Shown piece by piece: positions 1-10,585 of a stretch of 64,000 bases of DNA. The stretch covers positions 383,502 through 447,501 of the forward strand of contig JBLWWJ010000003.1 in assembly GCA_048268005.1 (NCBI GenBank), given 5' to 3'. The notes beneath the pieces were generated by a model, which ran no database searches, was not told where the DNA came from, and was given only the letters and a program-made list of their open reading frames with translations. This stretch comes from Ancylomarina sp. (GTDB taxonomy: Bacteria > Bacteroidota > Bacteroidia > Bacteroidales > Marinifilaceae). A program made the position numbers and the translations under genes. Each line of letters starts with the position of its first letter. The stretch's first letter is position 1.

Positions 1-719
1 TTGCTAACCCTTGTTAGAAAATGATCATCTATTTGAGCATTTTCAGAAAGTTTAATGTAGCTATGAACCCAATAAGATCTGTTCCATTGATGCAAGTTAT
101 ACCTATTCTTCCGTTCAGAAATCAGGTAGCCAAAATCTAAATGACTGTGAGGTGGAATCCGAACTACAGCCGCAACGTTATAGACTTCCTTTTCGTATTT
201 ATCACTAATAACTCGTTTTCCAATAGCCGATTCTTTACCAAAAAGCCTTCGGGCTACTTTCTCTGACAATACGATATTATCAGGGGAATTAAAAACCAAT
301 TTAGAAGTACCTTCAAGAAATTTAAATCCTCGAAATATTTCAAAAAAATCATCGTTTACAAAACATGGTCTTGCTTCAATCTTGACATCAAAATCTTCCA
401 CGTAAAGCGGTGAATCTTCAGATGAGAAAGCCAGATAAGTAGCCGCTTCAATTTGCGGGTAGTCCGTTTTTAAGGTCTTCGCAATAGCTTGACATGAACT
501 GGCTGATTTTATAATTTCATTCCCTTGTTTCGAAAGAGTCAAAACACGGTAAATCTTATCATATTCGGGATGGAATTTATCATGGTTTAACTCATTGAAT
601 ACCCATAGGTATATGAGCAGGCTAGCTAATAAACCTATTGTAAATCCAAGAAAAGTGATTAAGGATAAAATCGGTCTCTTAACTAGATTTCTGATGAGTA
701 ACTTTAGGGTATAATTCAT
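1..719 (-). CDS. ABC transporter permease, FtsX/MacB-like (N-terminal part; 3' end lies beyond the left window edge)
   Basis: Open minus-strand frame from ATG (719-717) to the window edge; absent from the ORF track because it is truncated. My translation MNYTLKLLIRNLVKRPILSLITFLGFTIGLLASLLIYLWVFNELNHDKFHPEYDKIYRV... parallels the N-termini of the three complete FtsX permeases in the window (TM1, then a periplasmic domain). Confidence 0.8.
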   Translation of the reverse strand, partial: MNYTLKLLIRNLVKRPILSLITFLGFTIGLLASLLIYLWVFNELNHDKFHPEYDKIYRVLTLSKQGNEIIKSASSCQAIAKTLKTDYPQIEAATYLAFSSEDSPLYVEDFDVKIEARPCFVNDDFFEIFRGFKFLEGTSKLVFNSPDNIVLSEKVARRLFGKESAIGKRVISDKYEKEVYNVAAVVRIPPHSHLDFGYLISERKNRYNLHQWNRSYWVHSYIKLSENAQIDDHFLTRVS

Positions 720-728
720 TGCTTATAA

Positions 729-2264
729 CTATTTTACAACCATTAAGACATCATCTTGATCTGCACATCTATTTGCAAACTGACTTAGGGATTCTTTTTT
801 GGACAAAACTGACTTCGAATTCTTGAATTCTGATCTTTTTATATGATCTTTTAGTTCCTTTCCTTTTAAAGAAACCATGATCTCTCCCCTTTTATTAATC
901 ATGTAAGCTTCAGGCCAAACTGAAACACCACCGTCAATATCATTTGTCAAAAGATTAGGATAATAATTCGTTGGTTCAGCCTTTACAATTTCGAATTTCT
1001 GATCCTTTTTGGAATACAAGGCATGATATATATTTACGCTCTTATCTCTTCTACTTCTAGGACAATGGTAATTATCCTTACTAAAAGTCAAGAAGATATA
1101 ATCTTTAGCATCCGCCCAACTCATTGGAATTATTTTTCCTTTCAAGCTAACGTCTGGATCTACACCAGCCTGTTTATTAACTTTATACTGACCTAAATTC
1201 AACACATACACTGGGCGTAAACAATTTGGAGGAATCACCTGAAAGATGGTATCATTAAAATCAGTTCGTATGAAAAAGTTCCCTCCTTTTTCATATTGAG
1301 TTCCACAATCCGTCCCTCTCGTTAACCTTTTTGTATAGTTCTTAACTTGCTCCAACTTTCTAAAACTAGCTAAAGTATCACCTTTAGAGCTTAAAATCCC
1401 AAGCATCTTATCATCATCCAGTTTCGTGATATAGGTATTAATATCAGGGTTGAACACCTCAAACTCCTTATCGAAATTATCTATTGTAGACATGATCATA
1501 CCATTGGGATAAATAGGCTTTTCAGGCTTATTAATGCCATTATTAACATCCACACAGACTTTACCTAAGCCAGTAATCGCATTGGGATGTTCCGGATCAA
1601 ATTGAGTGTCTCCTGATATATGTTGAGTGGAACAATCAAAATCCATGATTAAGTTTTGCCCAGTCAGGCTATTTCTATAGTTGTAGAAAAGATGATCTCC
1701 ACGAGCCCATACATTATTTCGTCCTCCTTTGTGTGAATAGCTACTGCAAAAAATACTAATTCTATTCTTCTCAACATCAAGCTTTATACCTGTTAACTCA
1801 TTTTTCACAACAAGCTGAATATATTCGCCTTTCTTTGAGTACAAGTGAATACCATATAGGTTAGAAGCAACAATATAATTATCCATAAAATAATACCTCA
1901 GCTTTAGATCTTTAGGAATTGTTGAATCAGGAATAGCTTGCATTCGAATGTATTCAATATCCTGAGCAACATCAGATAAACTAATATCACGAATACTATC
2001 TAAATTATTAGCAATATCGATTGTTAGGGGTGGGTTGTTGCGATCTATACTTCTATTTTCCTTAAAACGAAAACCTTCAGGAAGATTGGCTAATGAATCA
2101 GCCAATAATTTCTCCTGTTCCATTCGATCTTTTTCTTCCAAGGCAAGTTTCTCTTCTTCACTTAGAATCTTACTAACCAATTTTTTCTCATCAGTTTTCA
2201 TTTTATTATTCTGACAAGCTCCCAATACGGAGAAAAGCAAAATTAAAATAAGGTAGTTTTTCAT
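729..2264 (-). CDS. Lipoprotein, probably 6-bladed beta-propeller (TolB-like / DUF5128-DUF4934-like) family
   Basis: ORF 729..2300. I prefer the internal start MKNYLILILLFSVLGAC (lipobox LGAC) at 2264. It has an N-terminal coiled-coil-like acidic stretch, then repeated beta-rich segments typical of Bacteroidota propeller lipoproteins. The family call rests on sequence resemblance only. Confidence 0.55.
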   Translation of the reverse strand: MKNYLILILLFSVLGACQNNKMKTDEKKLVSKILSEEEKLALEEKDRMEQEKLLADSLANLPEGFRFKENRSIDRNNPPLTIDIANNLDSIRDISLSDVAQDIEYIRMQAIPDSTIPKDLKLRYYFMDNYIVASNLYGIHLYSKKGEYIQLVVKNELTGIKLDVEKNRISIFCSSYSHKGGRNNVWARGDHLFYNYRNSLTGQNLIMDFDCSTQHISGDTQFDPEHPNAITGLGKVCVDVNNGINKPEKPIYPNGMIMSTIDNFDKEFEVFNPDINTYITKLDDDKMLGILSSKGDTLASFRKLEQVKNYTKRLTRGTDCGTQYEKGGNFFIRTDFNDTIFQVIPPNCLRPVYVLNLGQYKVNKQAGVDPDVSLKGKIIPMSWADAKDYIFLTFSKDNYHCPRSRRDKSVNIYHALYSKKDQKFEIVKAEPTNYYPNLLTNDIDGGVSVWPEAYMINKRGEIMVSLKGKELKDHIKRSEFKNSKSVLSKKESLSQFANRCADQDDVLMVVK

Positions 2265-2306
2265 ATTTAAGACAAGTATATGTGTACAATTAGTCATCAT
2301 TATGTT

Positions 2307-4694
2307 TTATTCGCACCTCAAACTCTCAACAGGGTTTCTAGTGGCAGCTCTATAGGATTGTAGTGAAACGGTTAACAGAGTAATTCCCATAGCTATAAGC
2401 CCAGCTAAGGCAAAAATCCACCAGGAGAGTTCTGTTTTATAGACAAAGTTTTGCAGCCATTTACTCATGGCGTAATAGGCAATTGGACAAGCAATGATAA
2501 AAGCTATCAACACTAGATTAAAGAAATCTTTATTGAGCATTTTAATGATTTCATGAGCTTTAGCTCCATTGGCTTTTCGAACCCCAATTTCCTTTATTCT
2601 TTGTTTTCCAATAAAAAGAGATAAGCCCAACAGGCCAAGACTAGCGATTAATATGGCAATAAATGCGAGCATCCCAATTGTTTTAGAAAAACGGATATCT
2701 GATTGATACAATTCGTTTAGTGCATCATCAGTAAAAGTTATTTCGAAAGGATTACCATTTTCGAATGATTCCCATGTCCTTTTTATTTGAGCAATGGTGT
2801 TGTGAATATTTTTTGTTGAGATACGAATAATCATTTGTCTGCCTGAAGAAGGAGATAAGCTCAACAACATAGGCGGTATTTCTTCTTTTAATGAGAACAT
2901 ATGAAAATCGGCAATAAGCCCGTGTACGATCCCAAAGCTTGTTTTTTCTCCAATAATATCGGTTAGTCCCAATGCTTTGGCAGCAGATTTATTCACCAAA
3001 ACTCCTGATTGGTGCTTGTTTACCTGAAAATCTTCGCCCATAAGTAGCTTAATTCCCATAGCCTTTGCAAAATCATAATCTACAAATAATCCAGAAACAG
3101 AAACGTCCTCATCTGGTCGATCAACTCGTTTGATACCAATAAACATTTTGTTGTTTGTTGGGGGAAGCCACATGGCAGAACTAACAGATTTTACTGAAGG
3201 AATCTTCAGCAACTTTTGCTTTAATATGTCTTTATTACGGTTTCCAATATCTACACTTACCAATTCCTCTTTGGCAAAACCTAAATCTTTATTAAATGCA
3301 TATCGTACTTGTTTTTGGATAACGATAGTGCAAGAGAGTAAAATGATAAAAACCAATATTTGAAATACAATCATTCCTTTTCGCAAAGTGAATTTTTGGT
3401 TTTGATCTTCTTTTGCACCCTTAAGCATATGGGTAAGCTGCGATTGTTTAAACCTTAAGTATGTGGCAAATGCAGTAACTAAACCTGTAACTAAAGTTAA
3501 GACTATAAGAATACCGAACCCTACAAGAAAGTTTGAATCGATTTGTAGCTGATAAGATTTTTCAAGCATCTCACTAATTACGGGTAGAGCTATTTGAGCA
3601 AAAGCAATCGCAATTGGCAGGGCAATAATCGACAACATACAATAATCGATTACTAGTTGCTGAAGGATATCTTTTTGTGAAGCGCCAAAAGTTTTTCTTA
3701 CTGCAAAGCTTTTTAGTCGTGTAATGACCTGAGCTAAGGCTAAATTCAGATAATTTATGCAGGCTATAATTAAAATCAGCATACCGATAGTACCCAATAT
3801 AAAGAGCATTTTTAAATCTCCAGAGTCGGTTTTATGATTGTCGATATATCCGCCTGACTTAAAGTAAACATCGTTTAACGATTGAGCTGATAGCGTATAT
3901 TTCTTTATACTATTTGAATATTCCTTTCCTAATTTTAAAAGCTTTTCCTGGAATAGAGGAATTGAAACAGAAGATTCTAGCAAGAAGTAATTGGTAAAGA
4001 ACACACTTGCCCATGCCTCATTCATACTTTTTAAATCCACTTCATCTTCACTGGTAATAATGTTTTTTTCTAAATCGTCAAATGCAACATCTGTATTGAC
4101 TATAAAATCTGATCTAACACTTGTGTTGTTGGGTATATCCTTAAAAATAGCAGCAACTTGCATATCATATATCAGGTTGTTCAACTTCATTTTTAAAGAC
4201 TTACCAATAGGATTTTCTCGACCAAAGTATTTTTTCGCCATCGAAGAGCTCAATAGTATATGATGCTTGGTTTCTTCAAATCCATGCAAATCTCCTTGCA
4301 GAATATTAATGCCAAAAACAGTAAAAAACGAACTATCGGTTCCTATTACTGATTGTTCCTCGATGTACTCCTTGTTTTTCTGAAACTGTGCGTTATGAAT
4401 GTTATACTGACGTGTAGCAGCCTTCACTTCCGAAAACTTTTCCTTTGCAAGTTGTCCAATCTGATATGGTGTAGTTGCCCAGTATTTGTTCTCAATCTTA
4501 TTATAATTTAGTACTCTATAAATACGATCTTTATTTTTGTAATAGCTGTTGTAATTCAATTCGTTTAGGATGAATACCAATACAATTGTCACAATACTTA
4601 AAGCTAATACCAAACCCGTTAGGCTGATAAGTGTATTTACTTTTTCCGATTTAAACCGTCTTAGGCTAATAATTATATTTTGATTGAATCTCAT
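2307..4694 (-). CDS. ABC transporter permease, FtsX/MacB-like (795 aa)
   Basis: N-terminal TM helix, large periplasmic domain, FtsX 3-TM bundle, second periplasmic domain and second FtsX bundle. The C-terminus is ...SLQSYRAATRNPVESLRCE, typical of Bacteroidota MacB-type permeases. Confidence 0.9.
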   Translation of the reverse strand: MRFNQNIIISLRRFKSEKVNTLISLTGLVLALSIVTIVLVFILNELNYNSYYKNKDRIYRVLNYNKIENKYWATTPYQIGQLAKEKFSEVKAATRQYNIHNAQFQKNKEYIEEQSVIGTDSSFFTVFGINILQGDLHGFEETKHHILLSSSMAKKYFGRENPIGKSLKMKLNNLIYDMQVAAIFKDIPNNTSVRSDFIVNTDVAFDDLEKNIITSEDEVDLKSMNEAWASVFFTNYFLLESSVSIPLFQEKLLKLGKEYSNSIKKYTLSAQSLNDVYFKSGGYIDNHKTDSGDLKMLFILGTIGMLILIIACINYLNLALAQVITRLKSFAVRKTFGASQKDILQQLVIDYCMLSIIALPIAIAFAQIALPVISEMLEKSYQLQIDSNFLVGFGILIVLTLVTGLVTAFATYLRFKQSQLTHMLKGAKEDQNQKFTLRKGMIVFQILVFIILLSCTIVIQKQVRYAFNKDLGFAKEELVSVDIGNRNKDILKQKLLKIPSVKSVSSAMWLPPTNNKMFIGIKRVDRPDEDVSVSGLFVDYDFAKAMGIKLLMGEDFQVNKHQSGVLVNKSAAKALGLTDIIGEKTSFGIVHGLIADFHMFSLKEEIPPMLLSLSPSSGRQMIIRISTKNIHNTIAQIKRTWESFENGNPFEITFTDDALNELYQSDIRFSKTIGMLAFIAILIASLGLLGLSLFIGKQRIKEIGVRKANGAKAHEIIKMLNKDFFNLVLIAFIIACPIAYYAMSKWLQNFVYKTELSWWIFALAGLIAMGITLLTVSLQSYRAATRNPVESLRCE

Positions 4695-4717
4695 AATCTT
4701 ATCATTATTTTTATTAC

Positions 4718-7084
4718 TTATTCATACCTTAAACTCTCCACAGGATTCCTGGTGGCAGCTCTATAGGATTGTAGTGAAACGGTTAACAAAGCAATTGCCA
4801 TGGCTATAAAGCCCGCTAAGACAAAAATCCACCAGGAGAGTTCTGTCTTGTAAGCAAAGTTTTCTAGCCAAATATGAATTGCATACCAGGCAATTGGACA
4901 AGAGATGACAAAAGCAATAGCAACCCATTTAATAAAGTCCATGTTCAGCATTGTCATAATATCCTTAGTTTTAGCACCATTAACCTTCCTCACACCAATC
5001 TCTTTAATACGAGTTTCGATAACAAAAAAGGTCAGACTAATTAAACCCAGACAGGATAAGATAATCGAGATAACTGTAGCATAATTCAAGATGTGTTGAA
5101 ACTGCTTTTCCTTTTCATATAATCTTTCCCAGGATTCATCTAAATAATTGATTTCCATTGGAAAGTCTGGTGAAATATTTGCCCATACATTTTTGATAGA
5201 TCGTATACAGTTCTCTGTACTTTTAATACTGGAGCTATTCAACTTAAAATAAACAACTTCATCTGTCTCTCCACAACTTCTAAAACCCATAGGGCTGATA
5301 GGCGTATGCATCGATTCGTGATTAAAATCTTCAACTTCAGCTATCACTTGTCCTATCTTACCATTGTATTTAATGGTGGCATCGGCCGGATTCTTAATAT
5401 TAAACTTTTTAAAGGCGATAGAATTAAATATCCAATCTGCATTTTCCTCAGAGTGCCGATTAAATTGTTTCCCTTGAACTAATTTGATTCCAAAAAACTC
5501 GAAAAAATTAGGACTAACATAAAGATTAGCAAAACCAATATCTTGTTTCGCTCCTTTATTCAGTAGTGATAATCCCCAGTTGGATTGATTATACCCCAGT
5601 AAGGATGAAGAATAAGCGATATCAGCTATGTCCGGGATCCTCTTTATTTCAGCATTAAATGCATCTACTCGCTTTTTAATTTGAGGATTCGTCGTTGCGT
5701 AAAGAATTTTTTCTTTTTTAAAACCAGGATCCAATTCGCTCATATAATTGTTTTGCTTATTGATAAGCATGACACCACAGAGCAGTATAATCGTAATACT
5801 AAATTGAAAAATAAGAAGTCCATTTCTCAAGTAGTTTTGGGATCGAGCCTGGGTGGTATTCTTGAGAAGAGCCGTTGTTTTACTTTTACTTAATGCAAGT
5901 CCTGGGATAATTCCGGTTAATACAAAAGTAAATGTCAATAGAGAAATAAATATAATCAGGTTAGAACCCGTGAAAATCTCTGATAAAGTAAATTCAGAAT
6001 GGGTTAGTTGATTCAATCCAAACAAAAGAAAATGACTAAGAACCAAAACAAGGCAGCTTGTTATCAGAAGTACCAAGCCCGACTCGACCGCTAGCAATCC
6101 AATTACTTTTCCCTTTTTTCCACCCATCACTTTTAAGATCCCTATATTTCTTAAACGTTTTATTTTCTGAGCCGTGACCAGATTAATGTAATTGATACAT
6201 GCCAAAAGAAGAATAAGAAATCCAGTAATTTGAATAATCGTCAAAGTGAATAAATTACCGTGTTTTATTACTTGAATATGAGGATGTTCACTATATGACT
6301 TTGCAAAAGACTGAATCTCAAAATTCGTTTCAGCCTTATAGCCCTGAGGAATATCTTCAGTTGAAATATTCAACAACTTTTCATTAATAAGATCACTATT
6401 TATATTCGATGGGATTTTTACAAAAGCATTATAATTTTGAGATCCCCAATAGTCTTCGCTACTCTTAAACCAAGGTAATTTAAAATTTGTCCTTAGCGAT
6501 AATACAGCATCAAATTCCCATGAACAATTATGCGATAAGTCTTTAATAACCGCACCAACCTCAAGAATAACATTTTGTAGATAAGTGGCATTATACACTA
6601 GTTCTCTTCCAATTGGGTTTGCCTTACCAAAAATCTTTTGAGCGACAGATTGTGTTAACACGATTTTATTAGCAGTATTTAAGGCCTTTTGAGGATCACC
6701 ATATACAGACTCAAAACCAAAAACCTTAAAGAAGGAAGAGTCAGCCAATAACAATTTATTTAATTTAAAATTTTCATTATTACTTTTTACATAATCTTGA
6801 GGAGACCATGTGTATCGTGTATAAGTTATGTCTTCTAATTCAGGTATTTCATTAGAAATATGCCTTGTCATAGCACTTGATATATCAACATCTCCATTAT
6901 TCAGAAGTGTATAGACATTTTCTATTTCGGCAATTTCAGCATCCATACTTTTCTCTTTGCCCACATAAGCAAAAACAAGTAAACTAATTGTGATTCCTAG
7001 TGCTAAACCACCAATATTGATAATAGATACCAATTTGTTTTTCAGTAAGTTTTTATAGGATATTTTGATATTATAAAGGTTCAT
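4718..7084 (-). CDS. ABC transporter permease, FtsX/MacB-like (788 aa)
   Basis: Same architecture as 2307..4694. Conserved motifs GVRKVNGAK and ...SLQSYRAATRNPVESLRYE. Confidence 0.9.
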   Translation of the reverse strand: MNLYNIKISYKNLLKNKLVSIINIGGLALGITISLLVFAYVGKEKSMDAEIAEIENVYTLLNNGDVDISSAMTRHISNEIPELEDITYTRYTWSPQDYVKSNNENFKLNKLLLADSSFFKVFGFESVYGDPQKALNTANKIVLTQSVAQKIFGKANPIGRELVYNATYLQNVILEVGAVIKDLSHNCSWEFDAVLSLRTNFKLPWFKSSEDYWGSQNYNAFVKIPSNINSDLINEKLLNISTEDIPQGYKAETNFEIQSFAKSYSEHPHIQVIKHGNLFTLTIIQITGFLILLLACINYINLVTAQKIKRLRNIGILKVMGGKKGKVIGLLAVESGLVLLITSCLVLVLSHFLLFGLNQLTHSEFTLSEIFTGSNLIIFISLLTFTFVLTGIIPGLALSKSKTTALLKNTTQARSQNYLRNGLLIFQFSITIILLCGVMLINKQNNYMSELDPGFKKEKILYATTNPQIKKRVDAFNAEIKRIPDIADIAYSSSLLGYNQSNWGLSLLNKGAKQDIGFANLYVSPNFFEFFGIKLVQGKQFNRHSEENADWIFNSIAFKKFNIKNPADATIKYNGKIGQVIAEVEDFNHESMHTPISPMGFRSCGETDEVVYFKLNSSSIKSTENCIRSIKNVWANISPDFPMEINYLDESWERLYEKEKQFQHILNYATVISIILSCLGLISLTFFVIETRIKEIGVRKVNGAKTKDIMTMLNMDFIKWVAIAFVISCPIAWYAIHIWLENFAYKTELSWWIFVLAGFIAMAIALLTVSLQSYRAATRNPVESLRYE

Positions 7085-7131
7085 CGCGGATATTTGATAT
7101 TACATTTCAGTATTGAATTTTATGCTTGATA

Positions 7132-9537
7132 TTATTCATACCTCAAACTCTCAATAGGATTTTGTCGTGCATTTCGAGTGAAGTTAATGATGGTAACAAG
7201 TGCTACTAGCAGCAGTATAATCAAACTGCAAATCAAAAATATCCCCCAGTGAAGCGGCAGTTTGTAGGCAAAATTCTGCATCCATAGACCGGCCGCAAAC
7301 CAAGCTCCAATAGCTCCAATCATTACAGCAGGAATTGCAATTACCTCAACATCCCACAAGAATACCTTTAAGATGTTCGAAAATTTAGCTCCATTTATTC
7401 TTCTAATGGCCAATTCCTTGCGTCTACGAACGGCCTCGTTGGTTGTGTAGCCTAGTAAACCAATAATTGTAATTAGAAGAATGATCATGCTACCAGCCAT
7501 CATAGCATTTCGGAATCCTCGTTGCTGTTTATAGCCTTTTTCTTGTTCTACTTCAAGACTCATGATATTGGCATCCTCATATGGCAAAGCTTTATTAAAA
7601 ACATTACGAATTTTATTCATTATGTCAACTTTTATATTGGCATGCGTTTTCACAAGAATATAAAATGAAAAAGATGGGTGCTTTGTAGCTATCTTAAGAT
7701 AGGTTGATTCAGATCTATAAAAGAAAACGGCGGGACGAATGTCTGGATTAGCCTTAGAATTCATTGTAAAATCAGAGAATATACCTTTGATCGTTTTATT
7801 CTTATTCCCATGTCCGGTGATATCAATCTGATTACCAACAATGCCATCAGACAAAACATTGTGCAGTTTCAATAAGCCAGCACCCTTTTCACTTATAAGC
7901 ATTTCACCTTCAAGTGTTTTGCCGTACACAAAACCATCTCCTTGGGTAAGAGGAATATCTAGCATAGACAAATAATTGGCATCTATAAAATAGAAATCTG
8001 CAACATTAAATAACTCACGCTGACCATCTGCCGACTGTATATTATTCCCAGATTGATAATGATGAGGTAGTTCGTCGCCAAGAGCAATGGACTCTATCTC
8101 AGGCATAGATCTGAGTTCATGTAAGACAGCCGCTACTTTACTACCAACCATACCACTGGTTGAACCATAAAATATACCTTTCGCTTGATAACCATGTGAA
8201 CTGTTTTTCATATTATTGTATTGCAAGCTTACAATAACAAGCATGGAGAGAATAAAAGAAGCACCCACAAATTGAAAGGATAATAAAATCAATTTCCATT
8301 TATTCTTTTTCTGCTGATAATGACGAAAGGCATTGGCTACAGGAATACGAGAAAAAAATCGAGCTGGTAAATAACTCATCAGTATCACCATAAGAATTAA
8401 TATCCCCATAATCGGCACAACTACATAAGGGTTTAATACGGACACTAATTTATGGCCAACCTGTCTCTCGGCTGCTGGTTGTAAAACCATAATCATAGCA
8501 AAAGCAGCCAATAAGGATATCAAAAATAAAAGCGCTGATTCAGAGAAAATAATCTGTCGTAAATGCCTGGCATGAGCACCAAAAGTTTTATAAATGGCCG
8601 ATGATTTCGATCGTTCAACCAAAACACTTAAAGTCAATAAAACATAATTCAGTAGAGAAACAAAAAGAACAGCAAAAGCAATGGTACTCAGAATTAGAAT
8701 AATGTCTTTTGAGTTCTCAGAATAAATATCCTTGATGGGTTTGAATGTATATTTCAAAACAAACCCTCCATTCTGTTCCTCAATTTTAACAATATCCTGA
8801 TGGACTTCTTGCATCTTTCTAACGGCTGGGGCCAAATTTTCAGGATTGATTCCTTGAGCTAGCTTTACACAAGAGTAATAGCGATCATTACCTAACCATT
8901 GATCAGAACCATCCCACATAAAATGACTGGTAGAAACCATTGAAATTAAAACATCATAATTACGATTTGTGTTCTCGGGCAAAGCTTCGAAAACTCCTCC
9001 GATTGTTAATTTCTCTCCAGGATATTTTTTTAAATCGATTATTTGTCCAATTACATTTCCTCCTATATTCTCAGCAATTTCGCTCGAAACCATACATGTC
9101 ATAGGTGCTTTCAAAATCTCTTTTGCATTACCTTTCAACATGGTTCTTGGTAAAACATCAAAAAGATATTCATCGGCCAAAGCAAATTCCGCTTCGTAGC
9201 TTTTCTTATTATCCGTATAAAATATAGATGAGCCAATTGAATTTATTCGAGTGGCCATCTCAATTCCTGGTACATTAGCTTTTAAACCAGGTGCTATAGC
9301 ACCACTCACATGAATGCGGCTTACCAGTTCATCTTCTGCTTTATCTGGCTTATAATTTTCATGAACCACATAAATACGATCTGAATCGGGGTAAAAACTA
9401 TCATAACTGTAGTAGTAAAACACTTCGGATAAAAGTAAGATTCCGAAGGCCAAACCAGTAGCCAATGATACAATACGTGCTGCGCTATGCTCCCCTTTAC
9501 GAAACAAACGACGAAATGCTAATTTTAAAAAAATCAT
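7132..9537 (-). CDS. ABC transporter permease, FtsX/MacB-like (801 aa)
   Basis: Same duplicated FtsX architecture. The C-terminus is ...NARQNPIESLRYE. Confidence 0.9.
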   Translation of the reverse strand: MIFLKLAFRRLFRKGEHSAARIVSLATGLAFGILLLSEVFYYYSYDSFYPDSDRIYVVHENYKPDKAEDELVSRIHVSGAIAPGLKANVPGIEMATRINSIGSSIFYTDNKKSYEAEFALADEYLFDVLPRTMLKGNAKEILKAPMTCMVSSEIAENIGGNVIGQIIDLKKYPGEKLTIGGVFEALPENTNRNYDVLISMVSTSHFMWDGSDQWLGNDRYYSCVKLAQGINPENLAPAVRKMQEVHQDIVKIEEQNGGFVLKYTFKPIKDIYSENSKDIILILSTIAFAVLFVSLLNYVLLTLSVLVERSKSSAIYKTFGAHARHLRQIIFSESALLFLISLLAAFAMIMVLQPAAERQVGHKLVSVLNPYVVVPIMGILILMVILMSYLPARFFSRIPVANAFRHYQQKKNKWKLILLSFQFVGASFILSMLVIVSLQYNNMKNSSHGYQAKGIFYGSTSGMVGSKVAAVLHELRSMPEIESIALGDELPHHYQSGNNIQSADGQRELFNVADFYFIDANYLSMLDIPLTQGDGFVYGKTLEGEMLISEKGAGLLKLHNVLSDGIVGNQIDITGHGNKNKTIKGIFSDFTMNSKANPDIRPAVFFYRSESTYLKIATKHPSFSFYILVKTHANIKVDIMNKIRNVFNKALPYEDANIMSLEVEQEKGYKQQRGFRNAMMAGSMIILLITIIGLLGYTTNEAVRRRKELAIRRINGAKFSNILKVFLWDVEVIAIPAVMIGAIGAWFAAGLWMQNFAYKLPLHWGIFLICSLIILLLVALVTIINFTRNARQNPIESLRYE

Positions 9538-9570
9538 AAATAGTATCTTTTTATTTTTTTTCGAACCACA

Positions 9571-9696
9571 CTATCTCAAACGATCCACAGAACTCCTCGT
9601 GGCTGCTCTTAAGGATTGAATGGAGACTTTATATAATTCGATTCCCCTAGAACAATTTCTAAAAGAGTGGAGTTCTGTACCTTTATTAAGAGTGAG
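9571..9696 (-). pseudogene. Relic of the 3' end of an FtsX-type permease gene
   Basis: Minus-strand translation ...NKGTELHSFRNCSRGIELYKVSIQSLRAATRSSVDRLR* resembles the permease C-termini (YKTELSWWIF...VSLQSYRAATRNPVESLRYE*). The last TM helix is deleted or scrambled, and there is no start codon. Confidence 0.5.
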
Positions 9697-9700
9697 TTAT

Positions 9701-10396
9701 TTACATGAGAGCCTGTTCTTCAACCAGAACTTCCTCAGTTACAACTTTCCCGTCAAACAGATTAATCACTCTATGCGCGTAGCCAGCATCTTTAATGGAG
9801 TGTGTTACCATGATGATAGTTGTACCTTCTCTGTTCAGTTCTGTCAATAATTCCATCACTTCCTGTCCATTTTTAGAATCGAGGTTACCTGTAGGCTCAT
9901 CGGCCAGTATTAAGCCTGGATTAGAGACAACAGCTCGAGCTATGGCAACACGTTGTTGTTGTCCTCCTGAAAGCTGTTGAGGGTAGTGTTGTGATCGATG
10001 GCTCATGTTCATTCTATCAAGAACTTTATTCACCATTTCTTTACGTTTCTTGCTACTCAATCCCTGATAAACCAGTGGCATTTCAACATTTTCGAACACA
10101 TTCAGTTCATCAATCAAATTAAAGCTCTGGAATACAAATCCAACATTTCCTTTTCTCAAATCTGTACGCTGTCCTTCCTTTAAGCCAGCAACTTTGGTAT
10201 TATTAAAAGTGTACTGACCTTCTGAAGGGTTATCCAGCAAGCCCAGAATATTTAAAAGAGTAGATTTCCCACAACCAGAAGGTCCCATAATGGCAACGAA
10301 TTCACCTTTATTAATTTTTAAATTGATATTATTCAGAGCTAGAGTTTCAATTTCACTTGTCTGAAAAACCTTCGATAAATTTTCAATAGTAATCAT
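9701..10396 (-). CDS. ABC transporter ATP-binding protein (MacB/LolD-type ATPase)
   Basis: Walker [10 protein letters not shown], signature [14 protein letters not shown], Walker [14 protein letters not shown]-loop VTHS. Confidence 0.95.
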   Translation of the reverse strand: MITIENLSKVFQTSEIETLALNNINLKINKGEFVAIMGPSGCGKSTLLNILGLLDNPSEGQYTFNNTKVAGLKEGQRTDLRKGNVGFVFQSFNLIDELNVFENVEMPLVYQGLSSKKRKEMVNKVLDRMNMSHRSQHYPQQLSGGQQQRVAIARAVVSNPGLILADEPTGNLDSKNGQEVMELLTELNREGTTIIMVTHSIKDAGYAHRVINLFDGKVVTEEVLVEEQALM

Positions 10397-10585
10397 GTCT
10401 TTGTTTTTATAAGTAAGTGTATATAATTCTTTAAATTTTATTATTCATGTTAAATAACTTAACCGATTTTTGATGAGCTTGCACTTGCATAAAAAAAGAT
10501 ATTTCCTATTCTTCTTTCAATGACACAGAAACAAACATCATTTATCTCAGTCTATCCGTTTAACCTTTTTGCCTTTATTCTTAAA

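Noticed and set aside
2307-4880. Very high similarity of the 3' ends of permease genes 2307-4694 and 4718-7084 (about 2307-2470 versus 4718-4880), as possible recent gene conversion.
   Set aside because: The third paralog and even the relic at 9571-9696 keep the same C-terminal motif (...NP[VI]ESLR[YC]E). Functional constraint on the last TM helix and tail explains most of the similarity. Without a proper synonymous-site comparison, I cannot claim conversion.
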